This document shows, one piece after another, positions 1-12,385 of a DNA stretch of 64,000 bases. A program made the translations under genes and the position numbers. The stretch is taken from NCBI RefSeq assembly GCF_018350175.1, contig NC_058368.1:104348001-104412000 (forward strand), read 5' to 3'. The notes below the pieces were generated by a model that saw nothing but the letters and a program-made list of their open reading frames with translations, made no database searches and was not told where the DNA came from. Each line of letters opens with the position of its first letter. Positions within the stretch are counted from its first letter, which is position 1. This DNA comes from Felis catus. Its lineage: Eukaryota.

Positions 1-1695
1 TGTTTACCTAAGACATTTTCACAGCATATTCTCCCGAAGCCTGACAGCTTGTTTACAATGGGTTTCTGCCGGAGGGCACTTTCCACGTGCTGTCAGCTCC
101 TGACTTACGGCTCCTGCCAGGGCTGCTGGGTGCAGCATTTATCAGGGAGGGAGTTAGTCTAGATTCAGTAACTACTGTCGCGGGGCATCGCGGTTTCCGC
201 ACCAGTCAAAGGGGAGAAAGCCTTTCTTTCCCTCCAAACGCTTTGCATCTTGTAGACGGCTGGGCATGCAGAGGAAGAAAGCCCCGTGCCTGTTCTGGGT
301 GCTCTGATAAATGTTCCCGAAGTTTCCGCGCCTAATCATCACAGCAGCGGGACCCAGGGGCTGTCGCCTGCTCTTCCACCTTTTTGCATAAGGCTGGTCA
401 GAGAGGTTAAGTACTCTGTTCAGAGTTACACAGCTATTAGGATGTAAATCTTGGGTCCAACCACAGGGCCTTTGGATTCTAAATGCATATGTGCTCTTAC
501 CATGCAGCACTGCCTCTTGGAAACATTTCTGGAATAGAATATGTTCTCATTCTCCTGAAAGAGCCCTTGCTAGGTACCTTTCCCACCCAATCCCCTCTTT
601 CATCTAAGATGGGTCGCATCTGCATTCCCCTAGGAAAACTTTTCCTTTCCTTTCCTTTCTTCCTCCTCCACCCTTCTTTTCCTCTTTCGTAGCGGGAGTG
701 GGAGCTGGTGGGGCCGGGTTTGGAAGGCAGAGCAAAGGAGCAAGTGTGAGCAGGCGCTAGAAGCTTCCACATGCTGACACACTGTGCTACGGGATATGAG
801 AGTGGTACACTCTGGACAGGAAATACATATTAAATATCAATGGAACGTGTTCAGATTAGAAATGAGCAGGCACAGGAGAGTAATGCCAGGAAGCAGGGGG
901 CCTGGTTTCTGAAACTGTTGTAGAGGCTAGTGACGCTCTTCTCTGCGGGTCCCAGAGGGAAACATAAAGCGTGAGATCAATGCCGTGCCAACTGGTGCCC
1001 AAGCCATCAACTCACTTCATGAGTTCAGTGAACGGAAAGAACAGAGATGTTTAAGAATTCTTCCTCATGTACAGCAGGCACACTTATTGGGAACTGGTTT
1101 TCTTTGGTGGCGGCTTCTCAGCTAGATAAATGAGTGTTTTTATGGGCAGCAGAGTCAATATCCCGACACAGAGAATAATCATCAGGCAAAGTGCAGCCCC
1201 ACGTCCAACAAAGACTTGAGGCTGCGTCAGGAAGTAAGAAGAAAATAACCAGCAGGAGGATTCATGATGTGCGCAGGCAGTGACAGCAACGGTGGCCGAA
1301 TGCATCATTCATAATACACTACAATCCCAGCAAAAGTGAGGAACATAAACCAGAGAAAGGAAACGCCATGCCTCATAACGGATGGAGTCCTAGAACGCTG
1401 GAGGGGAGAAATGTCTGGGGTGTGTGTGTTTGACTGATGGGCTCTCAGAAGCTGGGGCTTTTTCTTTACTTGATCTGCTCTTCCCAGCAGCACACCTACG
1501 CGTACACACACACACACACGCACACACGTGGTAATAAATCGCATCAGACTCTCTCACCAGCACCTGCAGGTCTGTCTCCCACGGGGCAGATAGGACATGT
1601 GACGGACAAGAGGGAAGTCTGCGCCAGCCTTGGGGCAGCCAGCTCCAGCTGCTCTGACCCCCCCCCCCCCCCCCCGGACGGTGGGCCATACTTAC

Positions 1696-1905
1696 TAGTG
1701 TCCAAAAGAGGTAAATAGTGAAGAGTGCGACAGTGAGTGCAATCAGTCCGACGGCCTCCAGCCGACTGCTAAAGTGCAGGTGGTCCACAGCGCCCCGCAG
1801 GCAGAGCCAGCCCGAGATGGTGGCCAGTGGAGTTATGAACAAGAAGCACACCATGTCTCCAAACAGAGTCCGCTTCTCATGCTGGGGGCCTGGGTTTCTG
1901 AGCCA
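1696..1905 (-). CDS. MARCHF3: MARCHF3 third coding exon: two transmembrane helices
   Basis: Acceptor ccttttccccgccAG|TGG; encodes [70 protein letters not shown]; donor CTA|GTAAGT; 210 nt, phase 0-0. Confidence 0.98.
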
Positions 1906-2316
1906 CTGGCGGGGAAAAGGGAGGAGAGAGAAGAGAAAAGCAAGGTCACGGTTAAATGCCAGGATGGCATGGAGATACACTACCCGCAAGCTGTCTTCTT
2001 CAGGAAACTGGGAACGGGCACTTCTGACCCATGCTGAGATCACAAGGCAGCATTAAGGGCTCATTCCCAGGCCCCGCCTCACCGGATTATAGTGACTATG
2101 GTGATAATTTAACGTGACAATAGTGATGATGATAAAAACAATAATTTGAACAGTGTCCTTGCTGTCGATGGCCTGCTGTTTCTGAAACGATGGTTATCAT
2201 TTTAAATAGCAACCCCATGGGAAGGTAGAGAGGATGTTATTTCTGGAAGGTAATAGCTGAGATAGAAAAAGTGCTGTCATGTGGCCAAAGCCTTCCAGGA
2301 TCTTGGCTCTGGGAGA

Positions 2317-2906
2317 TGTCTACAGGAAAGGGTTAACTCAGCAGGCCGGGGTGGCTCAAATTGTGCATGTTCCCCTGAAAGACCCGTTTTCAAGATTGGC
2401 TCTTCAGAAATGAGCTCTGAGTCCTGGCAATATTTTGCCTTTTACGAGTGTCTTTGTTTGCCTGAGGCCTTGGGCCATATGGTAAGAGTATAATGAAATA
2501 GTTTATGCCAACAGCGTGATGTATGCTGAACACCTATGTTCGCTGTGGGCGCTGGAATATGAGCAGCTGAGGTCAGTCGTGCAGGCGCTGAATGCCTATG
2601 TGACCGACCCCAATAAACACCCTGGACACCAAGGCTTGGGTTGATAACGCTTGGTATGTGTTGTCACAAATTGTTGCTGGAAAAATTAAGCAGATTTGTG
2701 TGACATTACTGAGAGGGGACACCTGGGAAGTCGCACCTGGTTTCTTCTGAACTTCACCCCGTCCATTCACCCTTTCCTTCTGCTGATTTTAGTTGGTGTC
2801 CTTTTGCTGTAATAAATTGTAACCATGAGTCAAAGAGCTTTTCTGATTCCTGTGAGTCCTTCTACTCAATCATGGAGGCTGATGGTGGTTTTGGGGATCC
2901 CCCACA
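2317..2906 (+). mobile_element. Solo LTR, MER21/CarLTR-like endogenous retrovirus
   Basis: Begins TGT...ggaaagggttaactcagcagg; contains gtgaccgaccccaataaa and tgtaataaattgtaaccatgag; ends ttggggatcccccACA, typical of MER21-group LTRs. Confidence 0.75.
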
Positions 2907-4630
2907 GAGTGAGACTCATGTGACTCATGTGACTCCATGAACTGAGGGATGCCCCTCCTTGTTAGGACCCTGGACCTCCTCCTTAGGGTGCTCCCTGACG
3001 TTTTAATTGGGTTGCCCTCTTGACTGAGTCAACCCCAAAAAAGGGTGGGCAAAACTTTGTGGTTGTTGAAAGACCAGAGAGGAGAATTCCTACAGGAGGG
3101 GAACAGAGTTGCTGTCCCACTTGGGGAATTGCTGAATGCCTGCTGAAATGTTCTCCATAATCCATTCTGGGAAAAGTCATGCTTACGTATGGGTGTCGGT
3201 GCACGACAGTAATGAGGTCAGGTGGCTTTTCTTCAGATTGGCATTGAAACATGTCTCCAAATACCCCTGCCTCACTACCCCATGTAGTAGTGGCTGTGCC
3301 CAAAGGGTCCAGAGGAGGGGGGGTTGAGCACAGTTGGGGGTGGGAGTGGCAAGAGACGCAGGCCGAGTCTGTTTTCCATCTTGTTTCCTAAACGAACGGG
3401 TGCTTAGCTGTGCCGTGGGCTGGCCCCCAAATGGAAGCACTGTGGGCTGCTGAGCACACATTCCAAATGGCCAGGGCTGCAGTTCCCACAAAAACATTGG
3501 TGGGAGTGAAAGCATCATGACAGGGGATATGAGAGTAGATGGTGCACAGTGGAGAGTAAAGGGATGGCCATGGTCAAGCAGGAGGAAGAGACAGAGGAAG
3601 CAAGGTGAGGACAGAGCAATGGAAGGGCCAGCAAAAGCTTCAGGGAGTGACCAGAGGAGATGGGTGGCAGGGAGAGATGGTAAAAGGCAAGTAAGAGCTT
3701 TTCTGAAAGGTACCCTTTCCTTGAGTGTTTGCCTGGGGCCAATATTAAACGACCCACAGTGCCCAACATACCAGTTTCCAGGGACAACCCACCTTACCAT
3801 CGTGCTCAGATGCTGAAAGAAGTCAACCTCAGCTCAGTAATGAGGAGGCAACTTGTCTGTGAATATAAATACTGCATTATAAAAAATTTCACATAAATCC
3901 CTAAGTGATCAAGTGCGAATGATGCTGACCCTGCTGCCTGTTGTCATGTTACCTTACACATCTCAGCAGCTTCAGAAAAATTCAAAGAGCTCTTATTAAT
4001 TAACATTTTCTTGCCTAAACACTGGGAATATCGATTGCTGTGAGGTGGAAAGGAGAAATCAGGTACGATTATCCTAATTTTATGGAGGCTCAGTGAGGTT
4101 AAATGATCGCTCCAGGTGATTCGGAGGTCAAACTGAGGAGAGGACTCGCATCGCTCCCCTCTTGCTCAGGTGTCCTATCAGTAAAATACTCGAAAAATAT
4201 TAAAATTGCAAGACAGGCAGAAATCCAGATCCTTAAACAATTTTGCTCGAATCGCAGCAACCTGATTCCCCTTGCAGATTTTCCCTGGAAGCAGATCTGG
4301 AAGCCTGGCCTCCCTTGCTGGAACATAGGAAATTCTCAGTAAATATGCAACAGATGTTCACAGACAAGCCGACCTCACTGGCAAAGACTTTCCTCAATTT
4401 CTGCTGCTTGGGAATTCGGAATGCATTTTATGAAAATTAATTTAGAATTTTACTTATCTATGTGGCCCTTAACATGACCCAGTGAAATGACTCAGGTGTG
4501 GAAGGAGGTAATTACAAATCACTAGTTATCTCTGTCTGGTGTAAGATAAATTACAAAGGCAAGATTATTATTACTAATGCTGGTTCCTGGTTTCTCAGTT
4601 TCTAGTTGTGCTCTGAGTTTCTATATTCTT

Positions 4631-4651
4631 TTTTTTAGATGTTTATTTATT

Positions 4652-4686
<35 letters not shown>

Positions 4687-4853
4687 GAACGAGTGTTGGC
4701 AGGGGAGGGGTAGAGGGAGAAGGAGAAAGAATCCCAAGCAGGCTCCATGCTCACCACGGAGTCCAGCATGGGGCTCGATTCCACGACTGTGAGATCATGA
4801 CCTGAGCCAAAATCAAGAGTCAGCTGTTTAATTTACAAAACCACCCAGGCGCT
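4631..4853 (-). mobile_element. CAN-SINE
   Basis: PolyT, (GA)n, tRNA-derived head; TSD tttctatattctt. Confidence 0.9.
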
Positions 4854-4944
4854 GGTGATTTTCTATATTCTTGAAAAATTTTCAGGCCTTTTTATATATA
4901 CATTATCACCCAAAATCTGGACTCTGCATATTATTAGCTATAAA

Positions 4945-5070
4945 TACATATGTGTGTTTATAAATGTATATATATATGTATATAATATATATGTGTATGT
5001 ATTGTATGTATACATATAATATATACATATATATGTGTGTTTATAAATGTATGTATATAAATATATATTT
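4945..5070. repeat. Imperfect (TA/TG)n microsatellite
   Basis: Direct inspection. Confidence 0.9.
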
Positions 5071-5164
5071 ATAGTTAATGTGCAGAATCCAGACCATGAG
5101 TCATATAAATTTGCTCAACTTTTTATGTTGTTTGTTGCTGGGTCATATTTAAGTATGAAGTTGT

Positions 5165-5278
5165 TTTTCTTTTTTCTTTTCTTTTTTAAAGTAAGCTCTG
5201 TGCCCAGCTTGAGGCTCGAACTCATGACCCTGAGATCAAGAGCTGAATGCTGTACCAACTGAGCCAGCCAAGTGCCCA
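5165..5278 (-). mobile_element. Short CAN-SINE (head only)
   Basis: gctcgaactcatgaccctgagatcaagag...ctgagccagcc; TSD gtatgaag. Confidence 0.85.
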
Positions 5279-6089
5279 GGTATGAAGCTACACCCTAGGT
5301 AGCGTTATATCAAAATCGGTGACTTCTTCAGAATCCCAGGTGTCATTTATGTTTTACACAAATGTTAAGTCCCATGAACAGGACCACTGGTAGTATCTGT
5401 TGCTGAGAAAAACCCTACCCTCTGCCACAGTAAGAATGTCTGTCAAAGCCTCCAAGTTGGTCGATAACAGGATATTTATACAAGCAGAGATTATAACCGA
5501 GAAAATCTGATTACACCTCAAATTTCCAGCAAGAGGGGGGATGTCTAAATAAATTAGGAAAACAAAATAAATTATGGAATTTACTTAGAGCAGAATACCA
5601 TCGAGTAATTTCAAATGATAATGCGCATTTTATATTTCCTGACATGATGTACTGCTGAGCGAGAAGAGTTCTACTGGACAGAATGTGTAGTAAGATCCTG
5701 TATATATGATGAGATAGTTACATACACACAGACATTTACACCTACCAAGATGTAGTGGATTTACACAGACAAAGACCAGAATGATACCCAGCAAGATAGT
5801 GGCTATTCTTGGTGTTGGAATCATGAATGGCCTTTAATTTTTTTCACTTTGTATGTATTCTCTAAAATGAACATGGATTCGCCATGTAGCTACACATGTA
5901 TGTATTAGTTGTGTACGAAACCTTGGGAAAGAGAGAGGGGGACCCTGAGTGAGAGACAGGGAGAGAAGAGGGAGGGAGCTGTCCAGCTAGTGCTTAGCAA
6001 ACTATAGCAGTAAAAAAATAAAAAGAAAAATAAATAAATAGTACTGACAGATGTTTGGGGCAAGCTCAGTGCTAGAAATCCGAGTTTAT

Positions 6090-6250
6090 TATGCATTATC
6101 TCCCTGAGTCCTTGCAATAACTCTCTGAAGCATGTGCTAACATCATCCCCATTTTAGAGATGCCGACACTGGGGAACAAAGAATAACTGACCTAAGGGTG
6201 GACAGCAAGTAGGTGGCCGAGGCAGGATTCAAACCAGCCTCACTTTGCTG
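6090..6250. mobile_element. MIR SINE relic (other MIR cores near 390-480, 6900-7000, 10230-10420, 58130-58280)
   Basis: catccccattttagagatg...actgacctaagggtggacagcaagtaggtggccgaggcaggattcaaacc core. Confidence 0.7.
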
Positions 6251-7042
6251 TTCCTTGATTTCCATGCTTACATTTTCTTTCTGCACCGAATGGCACTTGT
6301 GTGTATGTGTGTGTGCACGCGCAGTCACTAGATTTTTTGCAGGCTTTCAGCGAGGTGGGATATGGTAAATCCTGCCATTTTACTGTTTTATCAGGTAGGT
6401 GAAGGACTGGCTGGCCAGGATGGTATCGTGGTAACTTTATAAAATATTCTCAGGCTACTATTCCGTTCTATGTGAATTCTCTTACCAGATCACAATGCGG
6501 TCCAATCTGTGGGCATTGAATCACAGCTTCACTTTGGCATAATTCGTAACAGACAAAGGGTTGATCTCAATTATTGTTCACTGTGGTTTTTTGCTCCTCT
6601 GTGTCTCCTGCCTCTCTAATCAGTTATACATATTATACACAGAATATTAAACCTATTCTGTAGCAGTATCTTCATTTCCCAAACATTTAATAAAAGAGCA
6701 GGCTTCGGCAGAATGGCAGGTTTGTTTGTGTGTCTGTGTTGCCACCCGACCTGACCTGAGGTGGACCCTTTAGAACACTGGCATCTCGCACGTTCAGCGT
6801 TTACAATGCTAAATCAATGACAGGAGCTTATGTTGACTCACACCTTGTGAAATGCAGAGCACTCTCTTATATGCCACATGAAGTAATTGCTTTACTCTCC
6901 GATAATCTTTGAAGGCGGTGCCACTACACCACCGTTTTACCGATAGGGAAACTGAGGCACAGAGAAGATTGGTGTTGGCTCTGGTCCATGTACTCTAGCT
7001 CTAAAGACTGTGCTCCAAAACAATCTGTTCTGTCATCATTCT

Positions 7043-7271
7043 TTTTTTATTTTTTTTTTTAATGTTTATTTCTGAGAGAGAGAAAGAAAGAGAGAGACAG
7101 CATGAGCATGAGCGGGGGCGGAGCAGAGAGAGGGAGACACAGAATCCGAAGCAGGCTCCAGGCTCAGAGCTGTCAACACAGAGCCCGATGCGGGGCTCGA
7201 ACCCACAGACCGCGAGATCATGACCCAAGCCGAAGTCGGACGCTTAACTGACTGAGCCACCCAGGCGCCCC
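7043..7271 (-). mobile_element. SINEC_Fc-type SINE
   Basis: Full length; TSD tc(t/c)gtcatcattctt. Confidence 0.95.
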
Positions 7272-8624
7272 TCCGTCATCATTCTTGAAGAGGCTTTAGA
7301 TTAACATTGGTCTTCTGCTTATACTTGGGGGTTAGCTGTGGCCAATGTTTGAGAATACTAATTTATTTGGCATCTCTCACCTGGCCAGCTCACCTCCTTG
7401 GCCTCCAGGGGATCTGTCGGCAACCTGGGCACCCTTCCGGCCTTCTGTTCTCTGCTTCCATCAGAAACGTAAAGCAGGGAGACTGCGCCATTAAAAGCCC
7501 TGGCACTGAGCTGCCTATTTTTCTGTGGCGATCTCATTCCAATTGCTAACTCGTTCCTGAACCCGGAGATTGATCTGCTCTTGGAAATATGTACAAAAAC
7601 CAACCACTCAACCAACCATCTAAACAAAACAGAACCCCCCCGCCCCGCCCCATGGTAATCAGCACTGTAGGGCCATAGACAGCAGAGGGAATGAAAGTAT
7701 CATTCCACCGGTGACACAGCATCACTCACTGGCCGTAAGTGTACATCCAAGGTGAGCCGGGCACCAGTGATTCCTTTCAAGGTGGAGTAACTGTGGGTTC
7801 GGATATAATTACAGTGTCAATTTGTTAAATCCCTTCCTGGGGAGTAGGGGCAAAGGGGGTGCAGTGCTATAGGACATTAGATTCTGCCTCCCAGCCTCCG
7901 AGTTAATCGGCTTAAATCCTCAAGGTAGATAGGACAGCCTGCAGGTCAGTTTGTACTAGAACCAGATTACACTCTGGTGGCTAATAGCTCTGATCGATTA
8001 CAGCCTTCCCCATGAATCTCCTTAATGAGAAACCATCACGAGAATGGGAGAAACTGATAGAAGGGATAACAACTGATAGGACCACCACAAATTTATGGAG
8101 AGGAAAAAGAAAAAGAAGGCATGGTCTCACAATGTTGTCTCATGTGGGTTTATCTGCTTGAGTGTCTCTTGTTAATATGACACTTGGCAGAGTTATTAAC
8201 CAAGGGCTTACCTTCCTTGGGATGGGTCTTATTTTTGAAGCCCAACTCATTTTACACTAAGCTGTCTTGCTTGCCTGGGGAGCGGCGAAGTGGAAGGGGC
8301 AGTGCTGTGATTAGACGGTAGGTGATGGGTCCTTCCCATGATTTAGAAATGACCGTGAAACATGAAAACCATGCATTTCAGTTAATGGAGGCACAAAAGA
8401 GAACAAAAACAAGGAAACATACTCCTACCGGTGTTCTCAATCCCTGAACTCCAGTCTGTCAGTCAATTTCCAGGACAGCTGAAGTCTCACAGAAAGAAAT
8501 TCCGATGCCGGGGAGCTGAGGAGATGCTTGTTTGGGACATCCATCAGTGGATGCTGACACTGCTCACAGCAATGCGCCTCAAATGAAAACTTCACAGAGG
8601 ATTTGCTCATGATCCTAAAATGTC

Positions 8625-9760
8625 CTTCTCCAGCCTTGGCCTCTGTCCAAAGCTCCAGATGCGCATATTCAACAGCCCGCTCAACATCTCCACTTAGATG
8701 ACTAACAGGCGACTTAAACTCAATCCGTCCGAAACAGAACTCTTGATTTAGTACTTAACTTCACAACCTCTCTTTTCTCCACGTCTCCTCCATCTCAGTG
8801 AATGACATCACCACCCACCCAGTCGCTCAGCCATCCATTTCCTTTCTGTCTTGTGCCTAGCCCTCCAGGAAGTCCTATCAGCACCACCTTCAATAAGTCT
8901 GGCGTCTGTGCACTTCTTCCCACATCCACTGCCTCTATCCCCGGGCCACGATCATCTCTTACTTGGGAGGCAATAGCCTCCCGGCTTCCATTCTGGCTTC
9001 CCTACAGTCCAGCTCCAAAACCAGGGAGAGAGACCTTGTACATACATCAGTCAGAGGATTTTGAACCTTTGCTTAAGGCTCTGCAGTGGTCAGAACTGTG
9101 TCTGTACTCTTGATCTAGGACTACAAGAAGACCTGACCTCACACCTGCCTACCTCTCTGACCACATCTCCTACCACCTCTCCCCCTTCATTTCCAACCTT
9201 TACCTGTGGCTGTTCCCGTATGGGAGGCAGGCTTTGTCCACATTCTTGTACGGTTGGCTCCTTCCGATCACTTAGGTCTCAGCTCAGAGGGTAACTTAGC
9301 ACTGCAAACACTCCTGAACCAATAAACAGTGCCTTGCTCTATTTTCTACAGAGCTATGGCACTCTCTGAAAAGATGCTCTATTTAAAAAAAATTTTTTTT
9401 TCAACATTTATTTATTTTTGGGACAGAGAGAGACAGAGCATGAACGGGGGAGGGGCAGAGAGAGAGGGAGACACAGAATCAGAAACAGGCTCCAGGCTCT
9501 GAGCCATCAGCCCAGAGCCTGACGCGGGGCTCGAACTCCCGGACCGCGAGATCGTGACCTGGCTGAAGTCGGACGCTTAACCGACTGCGCCACCCAGGCG
9601 CCCCAAGATGCTCTCTTTGTTTGTTCCCTTGTTTACATTTTGTTCCCTACTTCAGTGAGAACTCCGTGATGACAGGGACTTCATTTTTGTTCATTATTGC
9701 ATGCCTCAATCCAAGAACAGTGCTGGAATGCAGTCAATGCTTAATGAAAATGAATGAGCA
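8625..9760 (+). mobile_element. L2 LINE 3' region, split by the SINE at 9382-9604
   Basis: tccagatgcgcatattcaac...acatctccacttagatg...aaacagaactcttg core; tail ...acagtgctggaatgcagtcaatgcttaatgaaaatgaatga. Confidence 0.8.
9382..9604 (-). mobile_element. Young SINEC_Fc
   Basis: CpG-rich head; TSD aagatgctct at 9371 and 9605. Confidence 0.95.
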
Positions 9761-10491
9761 AACATCTGGATGCCAGGACCCCTGACCAGAAATGATCTTA
9801 CAATATGAGTTAGACGAATGAAATTGGTTGGTAAGGAGACACTTTTGTTGGTGAGTAGACATCAAGTCCTGAGGATCACTGCGTTCAGCCTTCTGGACGG
9901 GAGATGGTATTCCTGAACATTTTGCTCTTTGTAGGTTTCCAAGAGAAATATCTACATGTTGTTTTGTTGCTATGAGGTGGGAAACCTGTATTTTCTGTTC
10001 AAGCTTTTTTTCCCCCTGAGATGTAAATAATTGTGGAATGCCATCTATTTCTCCATAGGTCATGAGATAGCATGACAAATACACTAAATTATTTAAGGTC
10101 CTTTCTAGTGTTTTAGTCACAATTACTATCTTTTTTTTAATACCCCCCTCCCCTTTTTTTTTTTTTTTACTACCTTGAACTACATGAGAACGAGACAATA
10201 TCAGATGCCCATTTAAAAATTATACAACCCCGGTTCAACCAAAAATATGTACTGAGTGACTATTATGTGCCAGATACTTTCACTGAATTTAATAACGCCA
10301 GCTGGTGTTGTTATTCCCATTTTGAATTACGATATTAAGCCTCATTGATGTGGAGGTACTTGTTCAAGGTTACAGGGCAGAGGAGCCAGGGTTTGAGATC
10401 TCCAGCCTAATGTTCTTTCAGGTCTTTCTTTCAGCTTGCTTTTGCACTACATACAATCTTACCCCAAATTTTTTTTATTAAAAAAATGCTT

Positions 10492-10688
10492 AAGGTGGCT
10501 CAGTCAGTTAAGCATCTGACTCTTGATTTCAGCTCAGGTCATGATCTCACGGTTGGTGAGATTGAGCCCCATGTTGCTGACAGTGCAGAACCTGCTTGGG
10601 ATTCTCTCTCTCTCTCTCTCTCCCTCTCTCTCTGCCCCTCCCTGCTGCACGCACTCTCTCTCTCTCAAAATAAATGAACGTTAAAAAA
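10492..10688 (+). mobile_element. CAN-SINE
   Basis: ggtggctcagtcagttaag head, (CT)n, AATAAA tail. Confidence 0.9.
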
Positions 10689-11049
10689 TGTTTAGTTGAA
10701 GTGTAATAATGGACGTATAATGCTATACAGTATCAGTTGCACATGTAACTACATGAAATCTTGATCCTAATTTGTTTGCCCCTACAGGCTGGGGAAGTAG
10801 CCGGAGGAGACAGGAGACTGCTTCTAGTGTCCCCTGTTGGCTCCCCCAAATGCTGTGTGACCCTCATCCAGTTTTTTTCGCCTCTCTGGGGGCAGTAAAA
10901 TAACAGGAGTCCCTCTCACAGGGGTGAGGAAGGTTCAGCTTCGAAGGGAGTGGTGCAAGACCGTCTCTCTTTGGCTCAAGTTCCCACTTCTGTTCAAAAC
11001 ATCAGGTTCAACTAGAGACTGTGTGTTTCATCTTCTGAGCTCGGGCTGT

Positions 11050-11530
11050 GCGTTCGCTGCTTCCTAAACGTCTCTCCATCTGTGCAAGCAACACCTCACA
11101 CTTGACACGGTCCACAATGGAGCACTGGGTTCACCTCCATCACCCAGCTCCTGCCCGCATTGTCCCAGACCTGGGCGTGGCAAGACCAATACTGGTGGCT
11201 CTGGTGCACACCCTCGACCCCATCCTTCCTCGACGCCCCACCCCCCACATGCAACCAATCAGCAGGTCCTGTTGGTTCTTCTGGAATACATCTTGAACTC
11301 GTTCGCGTCTCTCTCTCTCTCCAGTGTCACTAGTCTTCCAAGCCACTACTCTCCTCTGAGCCACATAATTGCCTCCTCACCCTCCTGTTCCTGTTAGCCG
11401 AGAATCCAGTGTCTGCACAGTAGCAAACTCAAATCACTTCTCTTGCTTAGAATTCCCTGGCGGCTCCCCAGGGCATGTAGTCTAAGGCTTCTGAACGGCC
11501 CACAAGCCCTGTGTGTTTGTACCCTGGGCT
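11050..11530 (+). mobile_element. L2 fragment
   Basis: atgcaaccaatcagcaggtcctgttggttcttctggaatacatcttgaa...tccagtgtctgcacagtagc...cttagaattccctggcggctccc. Confidence 0.6.
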
Positions 11531-11556
11531 CCACAGACCCCCAAGCAGGCCAAGGA

Positions 11557-11970
11557 CAGGATTCATGGGATCTGTGATTGGGGGGATTTTCACAGCCTCT
11601 AATTGAAATCTGGCATCTCACTGAGTTATGCAGAAGATCTTATGGGTTGGAGCAGCACTTGTGGCTTTGTGATCAATAAAAAAAAATCACAGCTATTTCC
11701 CATCCCATTAAACTGTTGCAGACATCTTGACATATTGCTCCTTCATGGTTGGTTATTAGATCTGCCACAGAATGTGTTAAAGAAGCACTTCGATTTTATA
11801 TCCCAGCTTTTGTCTTTTTAATACTTTGATCGCTGTGTTATAATGTAATGGGTTGTCCCTGTATTCCTACTTTTTTTATTTTATGTAATTAAAAACATGA
11901 TCTGAGAGAAGGGATCCACAGCCTTCAACAGATTGCCATTGGGTCCTCTATGGAAAAGTTGAGGCACCTG
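11557..11970. mobile_element. Ancient hAT-Charlie-type DNA transposon fragment
   Basis: aaaaacatgatctgagagaagggatccacagccttcaacagattgcc...aagttgaggcacctg resembles a Charlie-family terminus; subfamily not assigned. Confidence 0.45.
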
Positions 11971-11989
11971 GAATCTGATTCCTTTGATC

Positions 11990-12385
11990 TCTCAAGCAGT
12001 GCTCCTTCTTTTTCCATGTTTCTTCCTGATTCAGAAAAGCATGAGGACCTCTGCAGGGGTTCTCTTCTGTCTAGCACTCTCCTTCCCATGGCCAGCTCCT
12101 TCTTGACCACACCTCTACTCAAAGATCACTCTTCAGAGAGGACTTCACGAATCACCATGCACTCTCTCACCACGTTACTCTTTACAACAACTTGTTTCTT
12201 TCTTTATAACTTTTATCACCATCAGAAATAACCTTTTTATTCATTTGTTTATCCCATGTCTTTCTCCCCAGCAGGTAAGCTCTCTTAGTACATAATAACA
12301 TTCTTCTGGCGTGTTCACAGTTATAAAATTCACACTTCCAGGAATACTTAGTTTGTGCTTGATAAATATTAGCTGAAGAAGAATA
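11990..12385 (+). mobile_element. L2 3' fragment
   Basis: cactctccttcccatggccagctccttcttgacc...atcactcttcagagaggact...gtaagctctc...gtgcttgataaatattagctgaa. Confidence 0.55.

Noticed and set aside
1390..2043. 217-aa ORF as a standalone membrane protein gene
   Set aside because: Only 1696-1905 is MARCHF3 coding sequence, bounded by strong splice sites; the flanks translate intron, a G-run and a microsatellite.
3183..3800. 205-aa minus-strand ORF
   Set aside because: Composition reflects a pyrimidine-rich strand and no family is recognisable.
7001..7260. Recurrent MAQSVKRPTSA / GAPGWRSR-type ORFs and tRNA-like A/B boxes across the window
   Set aside because: These are translations and tRNA-derived heads of CAN-SINEs, not a protein family or tRNA genes.
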